A stretch of DNA of 64,000 nt, from the IMG/VR virus record IMGVR_UViG_3300038465_000039, positions 25,261 through 89,260 of that record. One strand, given 5' to 3'. The translations under genes and the position numbers were made by a program. The stretch comes from a virus. The notes beneath the pieces are model-generated. The model saw only the letters and a list, made by a program, of their open reading frames with translations, searched no databases and was not told the origin of the DNA. Below, in pieces: positions 58,524 through 64,000 of this stretch (its first letter is position 1; every line of letters begins with the position of its first letter).

Positions 58524-59060
58524 ATGGCGTCCATCAGCGGCGGCGACAAGCTTCGCGACGCTCTGAACAAGATTGCCGCCAAGCTGGACAAGGGCGGAAC
58601 TTTGAAGGTTGGATTTTTGTCCGGCGCCACCGATACCGAAGGGATGTCGATCCCGCTCAAGGCTGCTTTGAACGAGTTCGGTCATACCATGCCGAACGGC
58701 GCCGAAGTGCCGCCTCGTCCTTTTTTCAGGAACATGATTCAGGCCAAGGCCAAGAATTGGCCCGACGCCATCGCCGGGCAACTCAAGGCCACGAATTATG
58801 ATGTTAACCTAACGCTCCAGCGGGCAGGCGCGGCGATCAAGGGGCAGTTACAGGAAAGCATCCTTGATCTTTGGTCACCGGAGCTTTCCGAGGTCACAGT
58901 CAAGAAAAAAGGTTTCGAAAAACCCTTGATTGAAAAAGGTGATATGATCAATGCCGCTGCGTGGGAAGTTAACGCTTCTGGTAAAGGGTCACAGTCCGCA
59001 GCTGAGGATAACGCCAGTAGCTTTGCCGCTGGAGCGGCGAAAGCCACGAAACCGAAATAA
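58524..59060 (+). CDS. Neck/tail-completion protein
   Basis: LKVGF, NEFG, PPRPFFR, KKKGFEKPLI. Confidence 0.75.
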   Translation: MASISGGDKLRDALNKIAAKLDKGGTLKVGFLSGATDTEGMSIPLKAALNEFGHTMPNGAEVPPRPFFRNMIQAKAKNWPDAIAGQLKATNYDVNLTLQRAGAAIKGQLQESILDLWSPELSEVTVKKKGFEKPLIEKGDMINAAAWEVNASGKGSQSAAEDNASSFAAGAAKATKPK

Positions 59061-59091
59061 CGTTTCAAACGCAACACCAACGGAGTCACCG

Positions 59092-60201
59092 ATGAAAAAG
59101 CTTGCTCTCCTCGCCATCGCAGCATCGCTGTCTCTGATGGCTTTCCCGGCGATGGCCGGCAATACGAATTTCCTGACGGAACGCAACGGTGCGATTACGT
59201 TTCCGCTGTCGCCACCGAACCGGGCCAATTCGACGCCCGGTTTCATCGACAACATGATCATCGGCCAGACCACTCCGGCGCTCGGCTATTTTACGCAGGT
59301 CATCGTCTCCGGTGGGACACCGGTCCTCTGTCTCGTGACGCCATGCTATCTTCAGGGTGTTGCCGCAGCCCAAGGTGGAGTTATCCAGTTGCTCGGCGGA
59401 CCGTCCTCAACATCTGGCAATGCCGGCGGTGCTGCACAGGTTCTCGGTGGTGTTCCCGGAGCAACCGGTATCGGTGGAGCGGCTTCAGTGGCTGGTGGAG
59501 CAGGTGGTGCGACGTCAGGGGCAGGCGGGGCGGCATCTGTCACTGGTGGCGCCGGAACAGCAGGTAACGCCGCCGGCGGAGCCGCTTCTCTCATCGGCGG
59601 CGCCGGTCAAGGTTCAGCCAATGGTGGTGCAGTCACGATTACAGGCGGTGTTGCCGGGGCCACGGGGCTCGGTGGTGCGGTAAACGTGACGGCCGGAGCT
59701 CCGGTAGCCGGAAACGGTTCAAACGTCACGGTGACCGCCTCAGCGGGTGCCGGCGGAACCAATGCTGGTGGTAACGTCAACTTGGTTCCTGGAGCCGCTG
59801 TCTCAACCGGGGCACCGGGAACCATTCAGGTCAACGGGAACCCTGGTCTGATCTGTCATAACGCTACGCTGGTCCCGAATTCGAACTCACTGACGTTCTT
59901 TATCGCTACCCGCCCGATGTTGATCGAGCAGATCAGCGCGGTCTGGTCCGTGGCGGCGGGCGGGACATCCACGGTTGGCGTCACGCATGACACCGGAACC
60001 GGCGCACCGGGTTCCGGTACCGACATGCTGGCTACGGACTTCAACCTGAACACCACTGCGAATACGACAAACGTCGGGTCGCTGTCGACGACCGTCGCGA
60101 CATTGACGCTCGCGGCTGGGGATCGTGTCGCGATGAAGGCCGCGAACGGGACGCAATCCACCGCGCAGTTCAACGTTACGTTCTGCGCCGCTCCGCAGTA
60201 A
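59092..60201 (+). CDS. Gly-rich fibre-like protein with signal peptide
   Basis: MKKLALLAIAASLSLMAFPAMA; GGA-x repeats; beta-rich C-terminal domain. Confidence 0.7.
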   Translation: MKKLALLAIAASLSLMAFPAMAGNTNFLTERNGAITFPLSPPNRANSTPGFIDNMIIGQTTPALGYFTQVIVSGGTPVLCLVTPCYLQGVAAAQGGVIQLLGGPSSTSGNAGGAAQVLGGVPGATGIGGAASVAGGAGGATSGAGGAASVTGGAGTAGNAAGGAASLIGGAGQGSANGGAVTITGGVAGATGLGGAVNVTAGAPVAGNGSNVTVTASAGAGGTNAGGNVNLVPGAAVSTGAPGTIQVNGNPGLICHNATLVPNSNSLTFFIATRPMLIEQISAVWSVAAGGTSTVGVTHDTGTGAPGSGTDMLATDFNLNTTANTTNVGSLSTTVATLTLAAGDRVAMKAANGTQSTAQFNVTFCAAPQ

Positions 60202-60256
60202 AGCTCTGGTCTACCGGAAGGTGTTCGTATAAGACGGATACCTTCCGGAGGCTTCG

Positions 60257-60655
60257 ATGCCAACCAACGACGGCGGCCACGTCATTGCCCTCTTCACTGA
60301 GGGCACCGCAACTGACGAAATGAACGCGCTGGACCAACTCGGTCCACTGGCACGTCAAGTCATCTACGATTCGCCGATCCGTTACTCGGCTGGTGCTGTG
60401 CTGAAACAACTACGGGATTACGAGGAAAGCGAGCGCCAGAAGCTGCCGCCGGAAATACGGCATCTGGTACACCTCAACCCTCGCGATCCCAAGATCGACG
60501 CCGCAATCGCCAAAGGCCTCGTCGATGACAGCATCAAGACGATGCTGAAAGATCGTTCCGAACAGGATGCAATGCTCGGTGTCAAACCGCTGGTGCCGAA
60601 GATCGGCGTGAAGACGATGAGGGAGCAGCGCAGGCTGCGCAAAGTCCGATGGTGA
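60257..60655 (+). CDS. Hypothetical protein
   Basis: GGAGG RBS partly within a hairpin at about 60214-60248. Confidence 0.55.
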   Translation: MPTNDGGHVIALFTEGTATDEMNALDQLGPLARQVIYDSPIRYSAGAVLKQLRDYEESERQKLPPEIRHLVHLNPRDPKIDAAIAKGLVDDSIKTMLKDRSEQDAMLGVKPLVPKIGVKTMREQRRLRKVRW

Positions 60656-61059
60656 CGAACTTAAGGGCCACTGCAAATTCGGTAACGAAGGTCATCAATC
60701 CGAATTTTCCTGCAACCTTGTTCATATCGACGCCGCCCATCGTAGTGAATTTCGTTCCGGTCCCGCAGTACGACAAGGCATCGATCATTGCTCAGGTGCA
60801 GCCGTTGTCATCGAAGGATTTACGGCTGCTCGATGCGCTCAATATCCAGGGCGCCGAGAAAGCGATCTATCTGAACGGTCCAGCGCTCGCCATATCGCGC
60901 ATCAAAAAACTCGGTGGCGATCTAATCGTGTTCGCAAACGGTGTTTTGCCGGAAGGCAATACGTGGCTTGTTCTCGCACAGCTTGAGCTGTGGGGATCTG
61001 GCGGAACTTGGTCTAAATGCGGCGTAATTTTGCAGGATGACATTCCTGATCCGTCCTGA
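60649..61059 (+). CDS. Head-closure/head-tail joining protein
   Basis: AQVQPLS..DL..LD.LNIQG...GGDL...WLV..QLE.W. Confidence 0.7.
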   Translation: MVTNLRATANSVTKVINPNFPATLFISTPPIVVNFVPVPQYDKASIIAQVQPLSSKDLRLLDALNIQGAEKAIYLNGPALAISRIKKLGGDLIVFANGVLPEGNTWLVLAQLELWGSGGTWSKCGVILQDDIPDPS

Positions 61060-61109
61060 CTTCATTTTCGGCAGTCTAACTTAGACAGCGCAAACGGAAG
61101 TAACCCGAC

Positions 61110-61685
61110 ATGAAAAATCTGAAGCTGGCGGTCGCGCTATGCGCGTCGCTTGTCGCCTTCGTGTGTTCGGCGGCCGCTCAATCCGGACTGCGACAGATTC
61201 CACTTGGTTTCTGTTCATTGTCGTCGATGAGCGCCGCGACAGGATTCTCGTCCTGTACGATGTCGACCTTTACGGGTACCGGCAATGGAACAAGCCTGAC
61301 AATATCTTCGGTCGCCGGTTCGTTGTTCTCGGGCGAAATTCTTTCAGGGACCGGAGTGCCGAGCGGGACATTTGTCGTTTCACAATCATCCGGCCCGACA
61401 GGTGGTGCCGGTGTATATGTGACAAGCCAACCGACTACTTCGAACGCGGCCAGCATTACTGCAAGCGGGCTTCCCACCGGAATAACCTATGCCGTGATAT
61501 GCGCCTACGTTCAGGGTGTCGTCTACAAGGACGATCCCAACGGTACGGCACCAACAGGTACCCCAGGTAGCGGCGGTCAGGGTATCTCGGCCGGACAATG
61601 CATCCCGTACAACGGCACGTTCTCGGCTCTTCAGTTTATCCAGCAGACTTCCGGCGCAATCCTTGGTGCGAGCTTTTATCGATGA
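61110..61685 (+). CDS. Ser/Thr/Gly-rich protein with signal peptide
   Basis: MKNLKLAVALCASLVAFVCSAAA-Q; shares a module with the decoration protein. Confidence 0.7.
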   Translation: MKNLKLAVALCASLVAFVCSAAAQSGLRQIPLGFCSLSSMSAATGFSSCTMSTFTGTGNGTSLTISSVAGSLFSGEILSGTGVPSGTFVVSQSSGPTGGAGVYVTSQPTTSNAASITASGLPTGITYAVICAYVQGVVYKDDPNGTAPTGTPGSGGQGISAGQCIPYNGTFSALQFIQQTSGAILGASFYR

Positions 61686-64000
61686 AAACCCTGCGAACCG
61701 TACTGCTGATCTTCGGTCTCACGGGATCGATCGCGCACGCCCAGGCACCCGGTACCGGTTCTCCGATGGTGCCGAATGCGGGGGCATCGTCCGGCGGTGG
61801 AAGCGGAACGATCACCGCAGGAACCACTGTCACGTCGGGGATCACGTCGGGTAATCTGATCGGCAGCGCGTCGAACAAGGTTGTGGATAGCGGGGTCGCG
61901 TACAACAACTTGGCACTCCTCAACGCCAGCAACAATTTTACCGGCGCGCTGAATAGCTTCATCGGTCTTGGTGCCTCGACCGCGGCGATCGGCGGTTGCA
62001 CGATCGGTAGCAACGCATTCTGCGTGACCGGTTCAAGCGCGCTCGGTAATACGTCCATCGGTGCCGGTTCCGCGATCACCTCCAGCGGCCCCGGTGGTGC
62101 GCTGACGGCTGCGGCCTATACGGCGATTGGCACGAGCGGCGCGACGATTCCGCTGCTCAATGGAGCCAACACGTTTTCGGGCAATACTACCGTCTCTAGT
62201 GCATCGTTCGGCCTGTCCGGTAACATCAATGCGGCGGCGTGGACGACGAGCGGTATCCGCTACAAAAACGTCGCGGCGACCCTGACCGATACCAGTTCGA
62301 CCGGAACGGTGGCGGCGGCCTATACCGATGTGTGGGGCGGCAACACCATCGCGGCGTCGAGCGTGACGACGTTCACCAACTACTACGGGGCGTATTTCAA
62401 GGCTCCGGTGACAGGCACCAACGTCACCTTCACGAACTCTTATGCGCTCGGTGCGGACAGCATCAACGCGACGACGCTATATCAGGGCGGCACGGCGCTG
62501 GGCACGGCGGCGCTCGTGGCCACCGGCACCTCGGGCGGCACGCTCTGCCTGCTCAACACCGCATGCACATGGTCGTCAGCCCAACTCTTCCCCGCAGGCT
62601 CTGCCACCACTCCCGGCGTTGCTGTCGGTATCGCAGGGACGGGGCTGTATAGTGTTTCGACGACGGGATTGGGGCTGTCGGTTAATCAAGTTAACAAGTT
62701 GGACTACGGAATTTCGTTAGCTGCTAATTGGAACATGTCGGCCCCGCTTAATATGCTCGGTTTCAATATTGGGGCAGTAGGAAATTTGTTGTTTAATTTT
62801 GGTAGCACTCAAATTGGCACGCCTACTGCCGCCACATATCAACTCGGTCCAACCGCAGCTTCTCCCGTCGCTCAAACCCTTATTTTGTCTCCACCTGTTT
62901 CCACCGGCACCTCCAACACCGCAGGTGCCAACGCCACGATACAGGCTTCTCTCCCGACTGGAACTGGTACTGCGGGGCTGCTGAACATCCTCTCCGGCTT
63001 TTCCGGCGTCTCCGGTGCCCAGACCGTCACCTTCACCAATTCCAGCGCCAACGTCTCACTTGCCGCGCAGCCTTATGTCCCCGGCCAGTCCGGCCAGTTC
63101 TCCACCACGGGCGCGCTGCCGACGAACTTTGCCACGGCGACCACGTACTTCGTCTGCTCGACCGGGCTCGCGACCGGCGCGTTTCAGGTCTCGCTCACCT
63201 ACGCCAACGGTTCCTGCGGCAGCATCATCACGGCGGGAAGTGCTGGCAGCGGCACCCAGACATGGACGCCCAACACCACGACGCAAAATCCGGGATCGCT
63301 GGTGGCGCAGTTCGGGCCATCGGCGCTGACGGGGAGCCAGACGACGAGTGCGCTGGCGATTAGTCAGGTGTGGAATACTAGTGGGGTTGCGGATGCGGCG
63401 CTAAGGGTAAATATCACAAATATTGCTAGTGGGGCGGCGTCGATCATCGCTGATTTCCAAGTTGGCGGATCAAGCGTTTACAATGTAAGTTCGGGCGGAA
63501 CAGTAAATCTTGCAGGCGGCATTGGGGCTGCTAGTTTCTTTGGACTTGTCGGCACTCGCTCGATCTTGACGTCGCCGGGGGCTGGCGCGTGGCAATTTGG
63601 TAATAGCAATTCCGCTACTCCCGTCGCTCAAATCCTGTCCTTCCAATCCGGCGTCGGCACTCAAATCTCAGGTCAGAACGCCACTATCATCGGTTCCCTC
63701 TCCACCGGCTCAACCGGCGTCCCCGGAGACATCATATTTCAAACCGGCGTCACCGGATCAGGAACCACGGTTGCGGGTGCTGCGACCACGGCGATGACGA
63801 TCAAGGGCGTGACGCAGAACGTGAACTTCGCCGGACAGATCACGGTCGCGGCCATGTCCCAATCATCCGCCGCTCAATCGGGTACGGTCTGCTACAACAC
63901 TTCTGGCGGCGTGATAAACTATGATGCTACGCTCGGTTGCTTGACATCATCCGCCCGCTTCAAGACCGACATCAAGGACATCACAACAGCCGAAGCGCTC
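61682..64000 (+). CDS. Fibre/spike-like protein with signal peptide and start of a peptidase S74 chaperone domain (runs off the window)
   Basis: Hand translation open to 64000; MKTLRTVLLIFGLTGSIAHA-Q; ends ...TSSARFKTDIKDI. Confidence 0.8.
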   Translation, partial: MKTLRTVLLIFGLTGSIAHAQAPGTGSPMVPNAGASSGGGSGTITAGTTVTSGITSGNLIGSASNKVVDSGVAYNNLALLNASNNFTGALNSFIGLGASTAAIGGCTIGSNAFCVTGSSALGNTSIGAGSAITSSGPGGALTAAAYTAIGTSGATIPLLNGANTFSGNTTVSSASFGLSGNINAAAWTTSGIRYKNVAATLTDTSSTGTVAAAYTDVWGGNTIAASSVTTFTNYYGAYFKAPVTGTNVTFTNSYALGADSINATTLYQGGTALGTAALVATGTSGGTLCLLNTACTWSSAQLFPAGSATTPGVAVGIAGTGLYSVSTTGLGLSVNQVNKLDYGISLAANWNMSAPLNMLGFNIGAVGNLLFNFGSTQIGTPTAATYQLGPTAASPVAQTLILSPPVSTGTSNTAGANATIQASLPTGTGTAGLLNILSGFSGVSGAQTVTFTNSSANVSLAAQPYVPGQSGQFSTTGALPTNFATATTYFVCSTGLATGAFQVSLTYANGSCGSIITAGSAGSGTQTWTPNTTTQNPGSLVAQFGPSALTGSQTTSALAISQVWNTSGVADAALRVNITNIASGAASIIADFQVGGSSVYNVSSGGTVNLAGGIGAASFFGLVGTRSILTSPGAGAWQFGNSNSATPVAQILSFQSGVGTQISGQNATIIGSLSTGSTGVPGDIIFQTGVTGSGTTVAGAATTAMTIKGVTQNVNFAGQITVAAMSQSSAAQSGTVCYNTSGGVINYDATLGCLTSSARFKTDIKDITTAEAL

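Noticed and set aside
61682-64000. Diversity-generating retroelement target
   Set aside because: No reverse transcriptase and no adenine-specific repeat pair in the window
1-64000. Integrase, att sites, lysis genes and tRNAs
   Set aside because: None recognised; lifestyle cannot be settled from this window alone

Overview
The window is a contiguous piece of a tailed dsDNA phage or prophage. The host is most likely an alphaproteobacterium (Rhizobiales-like), inferred from a GcrA homolog and an EcfG-type promoter. Layout: (i) leftward early genes at 280-19404 (ParB, PAPS-reductase-like, exonucleases, helicase, many small ORFs), whose promoters overlap a repeated 17-bp palindromic operator; (ii) rightward replication/middle genes at 20010-33971 (resolvase, two MTases, primase-helicase, radical SAM, SSB); (iii) a leftward block at 34089-38678 with gcrA and a tnpB-only IS200/IS605 element; (iv) rightward packaging, head, neck and fibre genes from 39662 to the window end (terminase, DUF1073 portal, MuF, DUF2213 protease, scaffold, DUF2184 capsid). 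No integrase, lysis cassette, tRNA or CRISPR array was recognised. The most striking signals are: head proteins built as polyproteins punctuated by A-x-D motifs that carry enzyme cargo (ADP-ribosyltransferase on the portal, Nudix on the protease) plus a copy of the mature capsid N-terminus; fibre-like proteins in the virion operon with Sec signal peptides and paired cysteines; and a ~260-nt candidate ncRNA with possible pseudoknots. All family calls are from motif recognition by eye, not database searches.
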